Source: Cyanophora paradoxa CCMP329 (Eukaryota; Plantae; Glaucophyta). Taken from it: 64,000 nucleotides of DNA. Location: contig QPMI01000474.1 of the NCBI GenBank assembly GCA_004431415.1, forward strand, positions 1-64,000. The letters run 5' to 3'. The number at the start of each line of letters is the position of its first letter. The first letter of the stretch is position 1. Below, piece after piece: positions 22,214 through 34,800 of this stretch. The notes below the pieces were generated by a model that saw only the letters and a list, made by a program, of their open reading frames with translations, was not told where the DNA came from and did not search any database. The position numbers and the translations under genes are program-made.

Positions 22214-23920
22214 TCAGAAGAGGCCGAGCCGCGCCCGCCAGTTGGGCGGGAGCGCCGGCGCTCCAAGAGGCAACGGGAGGCCCGCCAAGGCGCAGGCCGC
22301 CGCACACTGAGTGTAGTCATCCTCGCGATGCATGTAAGGCCACTGCAGCTGGAAGAGGGCCTGACAGCGCCAGCAGAGGGGCGGGGCCGGCCATGCTGCA
22401 GCTGCAGCCGATGGCGCTGGGGGCTGGGGGAGGCCGGCCGGCATTGAGGTGTACGGCGACGGCAGCGCGAACGGGGGCTGAGGGGGGCCGACTGGCAGCG
22501 GGTACGGAAGAGACTGAGGGGGCGGGGGGTAGAGGGCCAGCGGGAGACTCGAGCTTGAGCTCTGCTGGGCGGTGGCACTGTTGGGCTGGTAGATGTCGCT
22601 CTCGGTGTCGGAGTACAGGTCAACGGTGCCGGCGGCGTTCGTTGGCCCGGAGGTGTTGATGGGGGCGCCCTGCGGCTGCATGGAGGTGGCGTACGCTGCT
22701 GCGTCCTGCACGAGCCTGTTGTGGAGGCATGTGACTGTGGCCTGCACAATCTGCGCGATGAAGTTGGGCGTCGGGGCGGCTGTAGGCTGGGTGCTAATAT
22801 CTGCTGCGCCGAGCGCTGCTGCCAGCTCCTGGCGGGGTCGCTTTGGCGGTGTTGCCTCGGACGTATCGCCAGTGCTGCCACCCGTCTCCTCGACGTACGT
22901 CAAGCGGACGTTCTTTGCAGGTGCCGACGGCGCTGCATCCTCCTCCAGGTTGACGTCCCAGCTGCTGCTGAGGATCTGGGGCTGCTGGAAGATCACCGGG
23001 GCGCTCGCAAGGAAGGAGGAGGTTTGAAGCTCGAGGTTGCCCGGCATGTCAGCTTCGAGCTGCTGTCGGAGATCCCGAAGCTGGGGCATGGCCTTGTCGA
23101 CCAGCGTCGCGAAGTTCTTCCGCCGGCAGTGAGCCTCAGCGCCGAACATCTCCCAGTTGTTGACGTGCTGTTGCTGGCGGAGAAGGATCTGCTCCTCCAG
23201 CGCCGCCATGACGACTGCCGGGGTCGGGGTCTTGCCACTGAGCTCGATGGCCTCCACCGTCAGCTCGAAGTGTTGGTCGGGGCGCAGGCCCATGTGCATC
23301 TCGCGCGTGTACTTGGTGATGCGGGCCTTGTCGACGGGGTCGATGCGAGCGTGGAGCCAACGAGTGAGGTCTCCAACGTGACGTAGCGGAGGCTGGGGTG
23401 CTCGCTGCTGCGCCGCCGCCAGCGTCCGCCGCAGTTCGTCGAGTCGGTTCTGCTCCTGCGTCCGCCGTAGCATGTCTGCCTGCGGGATGCCTGCCAGCAC
23501 CAGGTCCTGCACGTTGACGGCCTCCACGAGTGGCGCCGTCGCCGCATCATGCTGCTCCTGCCGGTACAGGTGTTGCGCGAAGTCCGCCCGATCTCTCTCC
23601 GCGAGCAGCTGAGAGAACTCCATGAGGGTGTAGTTGGCCTGGCGCCGCTCCTCCGCAGTCGAGGGGACGCCGGGGAAGAAAGGCTTGGTGTGGGCGGCGC
23701 GCGTGAACTCCTTGACCGTCCGCTTGACATTTGACGTCGTCAGAGGCGTGCCGCACGACCAGACGATAGTTCCCTTGCCGACCGACATCTGCACGGGTGC
23801 CTCCGTGTACTGGAGCCGCTGGTTGTAGGTCTGCTGCTCAGCTGCCTGTCGATGGGTGATGGCCGCGATGGAAGACATGCCCGCCGTCGTCACCGGGGGT
23901 GGCCGCCCGTGTCGCGACAT
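22214..23920 (-). CDS. Gag-like protein (568 aa, intronless)
   Basis: Single long non-repetitive ORF inside the LTR-like element, intronless in an intron-dense genome. Helical N-terminal half, Pro-rich region, C-terminal CWRC-x9-H-x7-C knuckle-like motif. Gag call is by architecture, not homology search. Confidence 0.6.
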   Translation of the reverse strand: MSRHGRPPPVTTAGMSSIAAITHRQAAEQQTYNQRLQYTEAPVQMSVGKGTIVWSCGTPLTTSNVKRTVKEFTRAAHTKPFFPGVPSTAEERRQANYTLMEFSQLLAERDRADFAQHLYRQEQHDAATAPLVEAVNVQDLVLAGIPQADMLRRTQEQNRLDELRRTLAAAQQRAPQPPLRHVGDLTRWLHARIDPVDKARITKYTREMHMGLRPDQHFELTVEAIELSGKTPTPAVVMAALEEQILLRQQQHVNNWEMFGAEAHCRRKNFATLVDKAMPQLRDLRQQLEADMPGNLELQTSSFLASAPVIFQQPQILSSSWDVNLEEDAAPSAPAKNVRLTYVEETGGSTGDTSEATPPKRPRQELAAALGAADISTQPTAAPTPNFIAQIVQATVTCLHNRLVQDAAAYATSMQPQGAPINTSGPTNAAGTVDLYSDTESDIYQPNSATAQQSSSSSLPLALYPPPPQSLPYPLPVGPPQPPFALPSPYTSMPAGLPQPPAPSAAAAAWPAPPLCWRCQALFQLQWPYMHREDDYTQCAAACALAGLPLPLGAPALPPNWRARLGLF

Positions 23921-24796
23921 CGTAGAGAGGTAGTAGATGAAGGAAAGAAAGAAGGGATGAGAGGGGATGAGGCCGGGGCTCGCGGCGCTGCCAGCTGTCC
24001 GCGGGCTGGTACGGGGCGGCTGCTGGCTGATCGCTGGCGAGCTGGCGACGAGCTGAGCCGAAAATTTTGGCAGAGTCTCCCCCTTCGAAAGGCCGTGGAA
24101 TGCGCGGCGCTGAGGCGGGCGTCGTGGCGGTCTTGGCCGAGGTCGTGAGCGCGCCTCCGAGAGTCGCCGCCGTCACTCCGCCCGTCGAGCTCCGCACTCG
24201 CCCCAGTCCTCCGAGCACTGCGTACGGCCCGTGGGCGTCGTCCCCACACGCGCGCGCACGCCTGGTGTCGAGCTGGGCTGGCGACCGCCGGCTGGAAGCT
24301 GGGCCGCCGGAAGGCTCGAGAGCGTGCGCGCGGGGCAGCCGAAACGACCCCTGACGACGTCTCTTTACTACGACGAAAGGCGGACCTACGGGGTGGCCGA
24401 AACGCCCCCGCAAGCCTCTTCCAAACGTAGCTGCCTGGAGCTTACGAAGATCGCGGCCGCGATGCGGTGCGCGACCCGCGGGCTCCCACTGCCCGGGCAG
24501 TGTCCCCTATAGCTAGAGAGCTGATTGCTCGCTCGCTGGCCTCGAAAAACAATTTTTGCCGGGCTGATGATGGTCCCGAGAGCCAAGTTGCCCTTCGTCC
24601 ACCGAAACGGCCGCGTGCGGGGCCGCTTCCAGAGTCGCGAGCTGATGCTTGTGGTCCCCTCGAAGTCTCCAGCTGGTTGGATGAGCCGCGCACGGTTGCA
24701 TCACCGCGTAGACCTCCGGACTCGTGCGGGCTCGGCCCAGCAGGCACAACTGGTGTGCAAGCCAAGCACGGAGCTCACGCACAGTCTCGGCGAGGG

Positions 24797-24904
24797 TATT
24801 GCCAGGCTAGATAGCTGGCAAGGTGGTGTATTAGGGGTACAGGTGGACTGACTATATGGGTACAGGGCTACAGGGACTTGGGAAGGTATATGCCTACTGC
24901 AACA
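24797..24904. repeat. Right terminal direct repeat (LTR-like, 108 bp)
   Basis: Identical to 19305-19412; followed by TSD CTCG. Confidence 0.92.
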
Positions 24905-27213
24905 CTCGCTGCGGGGAAATCGAATATTAATCAGAAAACGCCAGGCAAATTTAAAAGAGTCATATGTGGATGAGGCACTTTAAGTTTTCGGAACAGAAAT
25001 ATAAAGGGAGCACCGACGTACAAATTCGAAAAGCGAGCACAAGCGAACCTGGAGGGCGCCGGCGCTGGCGATGGGACGCCTCCAGAGGTCGTGGATTCTT
25101 GATATCGATCTTGATCTTGATCGTGGGCATCTAGATCTGCCCGGCCGCATGCGCAGTGCACGCGTTAAAATCGACACCGACACCGACGTCGACGTCGCCA
25201 CGTGCGCGGGCCCGGGGCACAGGTGCGGCCTCGAGCTCGCATGCCTGCGCAGTCAGAGGTGCGCGTGCATGCGCATGCAGCTCCATGAGCCGTTCCCCGC
25301 CTTTTTCGATTAGGCACATCTCTTGATTCGAATTAATTCCCCATCGGATCGAGACTTGCGATTGACCTGCAACGCGGTCGGACCGTCGCATATATATTCT
25401 GACATTCTAGATCTGCAGCTGCCAGCCTGTGCATATACAAATAGTTGTAGGCGCGCGAAACCCCCGGTGGGTTTGCCGTACTAGTGGCTTCAACGGCCGA
25501 CGGACGGTGCAATTCCGGACGTTGCAATTGACTGCGCTTCAAGGCTTTGTCACACGACTGCGAATATAAAGAACGGATACGTATCCTATATATAGGTAGT
25601 AAAGTAGATTTACTGAGGTTAGCGAGCCGGCTGTTCGAGCCCCGATTTCGCAGTCTAAACTTCAAGTTCCGAATTTGATTCAAGTAGTCAACTGCAACTT
25701 GTACTGGCGTACCCATACGCGTTTTCGCAAACAAGCGCGGCGCGCGATCCGCCTCAAACAAGCGCGGCGCGCGAGCCGCACCCTCGTATATACGTAGCTG
25801 TCGACGTCGGTCTTGCTGTAGACCTTAGCCTCGTGTGCAGCCCCCTGATCGTATACAGGCATCCAATTGTAGTCAACTAGAGTTTACGGTCGGCAGTATG
25901 TTCAAAATCAGATATCTCCAGCATACGATCCTGATCTACTAGGCTAGTTCTCAGAGTCTTACCCGCGCGAGAAATAAGCCGAGGGGGTTAATAATACATC
26001 ATGATTAGCCGCGCGCGCGGACGCGTACGTGGACGCTTACATTTCTGTACGCATGCGCATGCGAATGCGAGGCGCGCGCCGATCCGGGCTCGAGCCCGGC
26101 CTCGGATCAGAACGGACGAGCTGAGCAGCGACGTCGACGGCCTCGGCGGTGCTCGAATTACGGTGCTCGAGATCCGCTTTCAGGTCTAGATCTGGGCTTT
26201 TGCACCGCAGGCCTTGGAATTCGAATATGCTGCAACCGTTGAATTCGAACTTGATACCCACTTCCGACGTCGACTGCAGACTCTGGGACTTGCAATCGGA
26301 GCAACGTGCGGACTCGAAGTGGTCCGCCGGCCGCGGGCGCTTCGAATTCCTTCGATTCATAAACAGCCACTTTAAATTTCATCAATCTGGTTTCTCTCTT
26401 AAGCTTCATCGCACCATGGCCATGCCAGTATCGACGAAATCGTTTCGAATTCTTCTTCGCACATGTACAGATCGATATCGTGATTTTTTCCTTCATCGAA
26501 CCCCTTCGGACCGAACGATGATGCTTGATGATGAGCCGGAGGCGAGAAGCAACCACTTTGAACTTCGAATCAAAGTACTAGTCTAGATCTGGTTAATATG
26601 AATTATAAAAACCAATTACGCCTTCAACGTGTACTGCACTGACTCATCATAGTTCTCAGCATATATATGTATGCGCAAGACCTCAAGGTCCTCATAATCA
26701 TGATGAACACGTGGAAACGCCCGGGTTCCGGAAGGGGGGCGGGGATCCGGAGGGGGAGGGGGGGGGGGGTGTGAGGGGCGGGTGGAGGGGTGCACGTGGG
26801 TGCATGTGACCATATGCATGGGCCGCCGCCTGAAGCATTTGCGTCATATGCATTTGCGTCCGACGGTCACGGGTCGACGTCGACGTCGGGGAATTCGAAG
26901 CTGATATCGATGACGGAACTTCGAAACTTGAAAGTCTCAGGGAACTTGCATCATGCAAATGTTGCATGAGGCACAATTGCAAGTTCGCACGAGTTGACCG
27001 TTGAACCGTCTTGAACGGTCCCGCCGCACAATTCATGAATGCAACTAGCCTAGCCGCACTACCACTGCCGGCGCCAGTACATCAGTCTATATGCAGGCTA
27101 TAATGCAGCTGTTGCCAAGTTGCCAAGTCTATATATATATATAGTTGCCAACAATGCCAAGTTGAGGGAAGCAGCATCATCATATGCATGGCATATGCAT
27201 GCAAGCTTGTCGC

Positions 27214-27293
27214 GTCACGAGTCACGACTCACGACTCACGACTCTGAGTCACGACTCACGACTCACGAGTCACGAGTCACGAGTCACGACTCA
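27214..27293. repeat. 7-bp minisatellite (GA[G/C]TCAC)n
   Basis: About 11 units of gagtcac/gactcac. Confidence 0.9.
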
Positions 27294-27517
27294 TGGGCTA
27301 ACCGTTGAACTCTGCCAGTCTGTCTCAGTCAAAGGCTTCAACTTGGCAAGTTCTCAGTCACTGAGTGCAACTTCTCGATCACTGAACTTCTCAACATGCG
27401 CGGCGCATGCCATGATGGCCCATTAAGCCTTTGAACTAAGCTAAGTTTGAAGGCCCATCGCCGGCGATTCGTCGCCCATGATGCGCAGAGGTCGACTCGG
27501 CGCAGATCTAGAGACTA

Positions 27518-27689
27518 CCGTACGCGTGTAATACTTAATTACCGCGCTGACATAACTACTGCATGCGCTACCATATTACTGCGCTCGAAACTTTTAGAAC
27601 GCAGTAATTTGGTAGCGCAGTAAAGCGCCCACCGGCGCAGAAAATTTGGAACGCAGTAATTTGTGGCGCAGTAAATAAGTATTACACGG
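27518..27689. mobile_element. Tc1/mariner-pogo-type MITE
   Basis: TA flanks (27516-17, 27690-91). TIR CCGTGTAATACTTA / TAAGTATTACACGG, with the left copy interrupted by a 6-nt insertion. Subterminal GCGCAGTAA / TTACTGCGC repeats. Confidence 0.72.
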
Positions 27690-28871
27690 TAGCCTAGTAG
27701 AGTCTGCGCGCGCGCGCCGCGCGCTGCGCATGCGGCGCGCAACGTCACGCATGCGCCCGCGGCCTATTGGACGTTCGACTGCCGCCATTCAGCAATGCGA
27801 AACAAAAAAAGGACTTGAACGGATCAACCGTTCGGAATTTAACTTCGAATCGGAGGAGGTCGAAAGTTACCTACTAAGCTAGTTTACTTGCAAGTTGACT
27901 CGAAACCGTCGAGCCGGGGTGCGAACCGTCTTTTGCGAACCGTCGGCGCCGATTTTTTTGTGGATGCTTCCCACGGTGGCACACTGGCACCGTGGCACAC
28001 TGGCACCGTGGCATTAATATTAATATTGTGGCACTGCATGGCAAAGACTGGCCGCAGAGTTCAAAGTTCAAAGTTGGCAACTTGGCATTGGCCGCTTTGC
28101 TTTCGAATTCCCATATGCATGGCCAGCTGAATGAGTCCTCATAAGAAAAAATCGCATTCACCATGAATTCCTTTTGCAATTGGCAACATTATATAATTAT
28201 TTGGCAAATTGGCAATTTGGCATGAGCCATACTATATGATAAGTCCGGGCGCATCGCAATTTACTAAGTTACCGGCGGTACCGTACCTACGGTAACCTAC
28301 CGCCGGGCGTAATTAATTAAGTGGGCGCGGTATTTATGTGTTCTACGGTTGAATCTACGGTACCGGTAGCCGGCCGGCGGCCGCTAGCCTAGTACTAGGC
28401 TAGTAGTAGTAGGCGTCGTACTAGGCGATGTCAGTCCGGCTCAGCCGCGATGATCGATTCGCATTTGCATCCTCGAATCGCATGATTCGCATCATGATTC
28501 GCAATTTCGCATGTGCATTGCGGCCATTGCCGGTGCCGGCGGATTTGCCAAGTTGCCACTGGGCCAATTGCAAGTTGCAACTTGCAAGTTGCGCGGCAAC
28601 TTAAGCTTGCCGCGCCGGCCAGTGCGGCCACTCGGCGGCGAGTTGCCGCGCACTGCGCATGCGGCATTGCCGGGCGCCGGCAATTTGCCGGCAATTTGCC
28701 GAATTCTCCGGGCGCGCTGCCCCATTTATTGCTTTGTTGTCCTTAATATCACTACCTACGGGGGGTTCGCCCCACCGTAGTCTCTAAAAAAAAATGCCCC
28801 ATATATAAAAGCCTGAAAATTAATTATTATTGTGTTTTACGGTATGCAGCGCATGTCATGATCATCGGATA

Positions 28872-31800
28872 CAAGATCCGTGCTCCTGCGGAGCACTAAG
28901 TACGGCGAAGCCTCGCGGACGCCCTCGCGGCTGTCATAGTAGGCCTATGTATAGGGCACTCAGCGACTGGCCAGCGGCCTGGCCGATCGCGAACAGCTTT
29001 CTGCAGCTGGCTGGAAGCTGGCTGGCTGACGGCCAGTCCAGCTAGCGCTGGCCGGCTAGAGGAATATTAATTTACTGAGGAAATAAAGGCTAGGGTGGAG
29101 CAGATTGAGAAGAGATTAATTATAATATTGTTGGGAAGGAGGCCCGGGAGGGGCGAGGTTGTCGCGGCCAGGCGCATGCACAGAGCTTGCGAATCGCTTA
29201 AACAGAATCTCGCGATCGAATGCATATAGCATTGATGTGCGGGGCTGCGGAGGCGAGGGCGCGCGGAAAGACGTGCAGGTCCATGCAGGATCGAATTTTC
29301 GGGGTCGGCTGGATTCTCGCGCCCTGTCGCGTCCTCGGAGCTCGCGAAAAGCTTAACAAAGATCTCAAATTACTATTGTAGCGATGCGCACGCGCGAGGA
29401 TGCGAGGGCGCGCGGAAAGCTGTGCAGGTCCGTCCAGGATCGAATTTTCGGCGTCGGCTCGCGGCCCGGCACATCTGCAATGCGTGCGGAAGGCTTTGTC
29501 TACATCTGAAATGCTTATCATATTGTTCCGCGCATGCGCCGCGGCGTTGGCGCACGGAAAGATGTCCGGGTCTGTTCAGAATCGATTTTTTACCGTCGGC
29601 TGGGTTGTCGTGCTCTTCCGCGTCTTCAAAGCTTGTGGAAGGCTTCAAAAAAATGTGAAATGAATATTGTAGCGATGCGCATGCGCGAGGATGCGAGCGC
29701 GCAAGAAAAGGTCTTCAGGTCTGTAGAGGATCGAATTTTCGGGGTCGGCTGGGTCCTCGCGGCCCGGCGCATACGCAAAGCGTGCGGAAGGCTTCTTCTA
29801 CATCTCAAATGCTTATGCTATTCTTCCGCGCATGTGCCGCGGCGCGGGCGCGCGGAAAGATGTCCGGGGCTGTGCAGGATCGAATTTTTGCCACCGGGAG
29901 CCTTCCTGCGCTGTTCCGGCTCCGAAAAGCGGATCGCTGGAGTGCGCAGGTCCTGCTATGTCTATGCGCGCCCGTACGCATCGATTGCGCACGTCGCGGG
30001 ACCGGCCGGAACCGGCCGGATCAAATTTTCGGCCGACTCTTCGCACTGGAGCGTCGAGGGTGCCCGAAATCGAGCCTGCCGCGATGCGCTCGCGCTCGCG
30101 CGTCATTCTGTATCGTTCTGGAGCGTCCCTGGCGCGATTTCGTCGCGGGACCGGGCGGGACCGGGTCCCACCTTCTGACTCGGACTGCATGTGTCGGAGG
30201 TTAAGTACCGGAATTGATCCAGAGGGAAATTCGATTTTCGCGCGACGCCCACGGGAGAGCGGTCGTCTTAGGGGAGCCAGGACGCTAAAAATGGATGTAG
30301 AGGGGTCTGTGGGGGTTCGGGCAGCTGTGTAATGTCCATCAATCGCGTCTGTGTCGAGGCAGAATTAATAATTCTGCCTCGAGGGAGTGTGACACGGAAA
30401 TTATTTAGCAGGGGGGATCTTGAGTGGAAAAAAAGGTTAAAAAAGGAATTTCGGTCGGCGGTTTTTGGGTTTGAGACAAGATCCGTGCTCCTGCGGAGCA
30501 CTAAGTACGGCGAAGCCTCGCGGACGCCCTCGCGGCTGTCACAGTAGGCCTATAGGGCACTCAGCGACTGGCCAGCGGCCTGGCCGATCGGGAACAGCTT
30601 TCTGGCTGGAAGCTGGCTGGCTGATCATGACGGCCAGTCCAGCTAGCGCTGGCCGGCTAGAGGATCGAATATTAATGTACTGAGGAAATAAAGGGTGGAG
30701 CAGATTGAGAGGAAATTAATTATATAATATTGTGGAGAGGGAGGCCCGGGAGGGGCGAGGTTCTCGCGGCCAGGCGCATGCACAGAGCTTGCGAATCGAT
30801 TAAACAGAATCTCGAACGCATATAGCATCGATGTGCGGGGCTGCGGAGGCGAGGGCGCGCGGAAAGATGTGCACGCGTGGCCAGGATCGAATTTTTGCGT
30901 CGGCTGGATTGCCGCGCCCTGTCTTGTCCAGAGCTTGCGAAAGGCTTTTAAAAGATCTTAGATGAATATTGTAGCGATGCGCATGCGTGAGGATGCGAGG
31001 GCGCGCGGAAAGATGTTCAGGTCCGTCAAGGATCGAATTTTCGGGGTCGGCTGGGTCCTCGCGGCCCGGCGCATCTACAAGGCGTGCGGAATGCTTCTTC
31101 TACATCTTTAATGCATATGCTATTCTTCCGCGCGTGCGCCGCGGCGTGGGCGCGCGGAAAGATGTCCGGGCCCGTGCAGGATCGAATTTTTGCTGTCGGC
31201 TGGGTTCTCGTGCTCTTTCGCGTCTTCGAAGCTTGTGAATCCTTTGATAAAATCTCAAATGAATATTGTAGGGATGCCCATGCGTGAGGATGCGAGGGCC
31301 TTCGGAAATCTGTGCAGGTCCGTTGAGGATCGAATTTTCGGGGTCGGCTGGGTTCTCGCGGCCCGGCGCCTCTGCAAAGCGTGCGGAAGGCTTCATCTAC
31401 ATCTCAAATGCTTATGCTATTGTTCCGCGCATGCGTCGCGGCGTGGGCGCGCGGAAAGATGTCCGGGCCTGTTCAGGGTCGAATTTTTGCCGTCGGGTAG
31501 CTTTCTGCGCTGTTCCGGCTCCGAAAAGCGGATTTCTGGGGTGCGCAGGCCCTGCTATGTCTATGCGCGCCCGTACGCATCGATTGCGCGCGTCGCGGGA
31601 CCGTTCCGGCCGGATCAAATTTTCGGCCGAGTCTTCGCACTGGAGCGTCGACGGCGCCCGAAATCGAGTTTGCGGCGATGCGCTCGCCCTCGCGCGTCAT
31701 TCTGTATCGTTCTGCGGTGTCCCTGGCGCGATTTCGTCGCGGGACCGGGCGGGAGCGGGTCCCACCTTCTGACCCGGACTGCATTTGTCGGGGCTCAAGT

Positions 31801-34800
31801 ACCGGATTCGATCCAGAGGGAAATTCGATGTCGTGCGACGCCCACGGGGGAGCGGTCGTCTTAGGGGAGCTAGGACGCTAAAAATGGCTCTAGAGGGGTC
31901 TGTGGCGGTTCGGGCAGCTGTGTAATGTCCATCAATCGCGTCCGTGTCGAGGCAGAATTAATAATTCTGCTTCGAGGGAGTGTGACACGGAAATTATTTA
32001 GCAGGGGGGATCTCGAGTAGAAAAAAAGGTTAAAAAAGGAATTTCGGTCGGCGGTTTTTGGGTTTGAGACAAGATCCGTGCTCCTGCGGAGCACTAAGTA
32101 CGGCGAAGCCTCGCGGCCGCCCTCGCGCGCGCACGGCTGTCACAGTAGGCGTAGCGCACTGCAGCTGGCCAGCGGCCCGGCCGAACAGCTGGTTGGCTGG
32201 AAGCTGGCGGCCAGAGGCCTGGCTGGCCAGCTAGAGAGGAATGTAATTAATTAGGAGAAGGAATTAATAATTAGGGGAAGAGTTGGACTGGCTTGCTTTT
32301 AACAGGTAAAGCATATTGAGAGGAGAATAAATATATAATATTTGAGGCCCGGGAGGGGCGAGGTTCTCGCGATCGCAGCCAGGCGCATGCACAGAGCTTG
32401 CGAATCGCTTAAAAAGAAACTCGAATGCATATAGTATCAATGTGCAGGGTTGCGGAGGCGAGGGCGCGAGGAAAAACCTGCAGGTCCATGCAGGATCGAA
32501 TTTTCGGGGTCGGCTGGGTTCTCGCGCCCTGTCGCGCCCTTGGAGCTTGCGCTACGCTTTGAAAAGCTCTCAAATGAATATTGTAGCGATGCCCATGCAT
32601 GAGGATGCGAGGGCGCGCGGAAAGCTGTGCAGGTCCGTGAAGGATCGAATTTTCGGGGTCGGCTGGGTCCCCGCGGCCCGGCGCATCGGCAAAGCGTGCG
32701 GAATGCTTTGTCTACATCTCAAATGCGTATGCTATTGTTCCGCGCATGCGCCGCGCGTGGGCGCGCGGAAAGATGTCCGGGGCTGTGCAGGATCGAATTT
32801 TTGCCGTCGGGTACCTTCCTGCGCTGTTCGGCATCCGAAAAGCGGATTTCGGGGGTGCGCAGGCCCTGCTATGTCTATGCGCGCCAGTGCGCATCGATTG
32901 CGCGCGTCGCGGACCGGGCCGGACCGGCTGGATCAAAATTTCGGCGGAGTCTTCGCACTGGAGTGTCGAGGGCGCCCGAAATCGAGCTTGCGGCGATGCG
33001 CTCGCCCTCGCGCGGCATTCTGTATCGTTCTGGGGCGTCCCTGGCGCGATTTCGTCGCGGGACCGGGCGGGACCGGGTTCCACGTTCTGACTTGGACTGC
33101 ATTTGTCGGAGGTTAAGTACCGGAATTGATTCAGAGGGAAATTCGATTTTCGCGGGACGCCTACGGGAGAGCGGTCGTCTTAGGGGTGCCACGACGCTAA
33201 AAATGGATGTAGAGAGGTTTGTGGGGGTTCGGGTGGGTGTGTTACCAGCAGCAATCGCGTCCGTGTCGAGGCAGAATTAATAATTCTGGCTCGAGGGAGT
33301 GCGACCAAGAGCTATGCGATACAGGCGCGATGCGGAGGGCGGTCAAGACGTGCCGGAGATTCTCAAGTGCTGGTACATGCCTGCGGGGCCGCGCTTCTGC
33401 GAGGGCGCGCGGAAAGACGTGCAGGTCCGTCCAGGATCGAATTTTCGGGGTCGGCTGGGTCCTCGCGGCCCGGCACATCCGTAAACTGTGCGGAAGTCTT
33501 CTTCTACATCTTAAATGCTTATGCTATCGTTCCGCGCGTGCGCCGCGGCGTGGGCGCGCGGAAAGATGTCCGGGGCCGTGTGGGATCGAATTTTTGCCGT
33601 CGGGTACCTTCCTGCGCTGTTCCGGCTCCGAAAAGCGGATTTCGGGGGTGCGCAGGCCGTGCTATGTCTATACGCGCCAGTACGCATCGATTGCGCGCGT
33701 CGCGGGACCGGCCGGAACCGGGAGGATCAAATTTCGGCGTACTGTTCGGACTGCAGCGTCGAGGGCGCCCGAAATCGAGCTTGCGGCGATGCGCTCGCCC
33801 TCGCCCGTCATTCTGTATCGTTCTGGGGCGTCCCTGGCGCGATTTCGTCGCGGGACCGGGCGGGACCGGGTCCCACCTTCTGGCTCGGACTGCATTTGTC
33901 GGAGGTTAAGTAACGGAATTGATCCAGAGGGAAATTCGAAATTCGCGCGACGTGCACGGGAGAGCGGTCGTCTTAGGGGAGCCAGGACGCTAAAAATGGA
34001 TCTAGAGGGGTCTGTGGGGGTTCGGGCAGCTGTGTAATGTCCATCAATCGCGTCTGTGTCGAGGCAGAATTAATAATTCTGTCTCGAGGGAATGTGACAC
34101 GGAAATTATTTGGCACGGGGGATCTTGAGTGGAAAAAAAGGTTAAAAAAGGAATTTCGGTCGGCGGTTTTTGGGTTTGAGACAAGATCCGTGCTCCTGCG
34201 GAGCACTAAGTACGGCGAAGCCTCGCGGACGCCCTCGCGGCTGTCACAGTAGGCCTATAGGGCACTGGCCAGCGGCCTGGCCGATCGCGAACAGCTTTCT
34301 GGTTGGAAGCTGGCCGGCTGACGGCCAGTCCAGCTACCGCTGGCCGGCTAGAGGAATATAACTAGAGGAATATTAATGTACTGAGGAAATAAAGGGAGGC
34401 CGGAGCAGGTTGAGATTAGAGGAGATGAATTATATATAATATTGTTGAGAGGGAGGCCCGGGAGGGGCAAGGTTCTCGCGGCCAGGCGCATGCACAGAGC
34501 TTGCGAATCGCTTAAACAGAATCTTGAATGCATATAGCTATAGCATCGATGTGCGGGGCTGCGGAGCTCGAGGCGAGGGCGCGCGGAAAGATGTGCAGGT
34601 CCATGCAGGATCGAATTTCGGGGTCGGCTGGGTCCTCGCGGCCCGTCGCATACGCAAAGCGTGCGGAAGACTTTGCCTACATCTTAAATGCTTATGCTAT
34701 CGTTCCGCGCATGCGCCGCGGCGTGGGCGCGCGGAAAGATGTCAGGGCGCGTGCAGGATCGAATTTTGGCCGTCGGGTACCTTCCTGCGCTGTTCCGGCT

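Larger units (their letters stand above)
19305..24904 (-). mobile_element. 5.6-kb non-autonomous LTR-like retroelement (gag-like ORF, no pol)
   Basis: Identical 108-bp direct repeats 19305-19412 and 24797-24904 with imperfect inverted ends (TATTGC...GCAACA); 4-bp TSD CTCG at 19301-19304 and 24905-24908; intronless 568-aa ORF on the minus strand. Confidence 0.8.

Noticed and set aside
19305-24904. DIRS/PAT/Ngaro split-direct-repeat element or tyrosine-recombinase att sites
   Set aside because: Repeat order (AB...B...A) does not fit A1-B1-A2-B2, no recombinase ORF is present, and a 4-bp TSD points to DDE integrase insertion.
24905-28870. Short ORFs in the intergenic block
   Set aside because: No recognisable motifs, host codon style or consistent splice pattern; the region is dominated by palindromic words and TE remnants.
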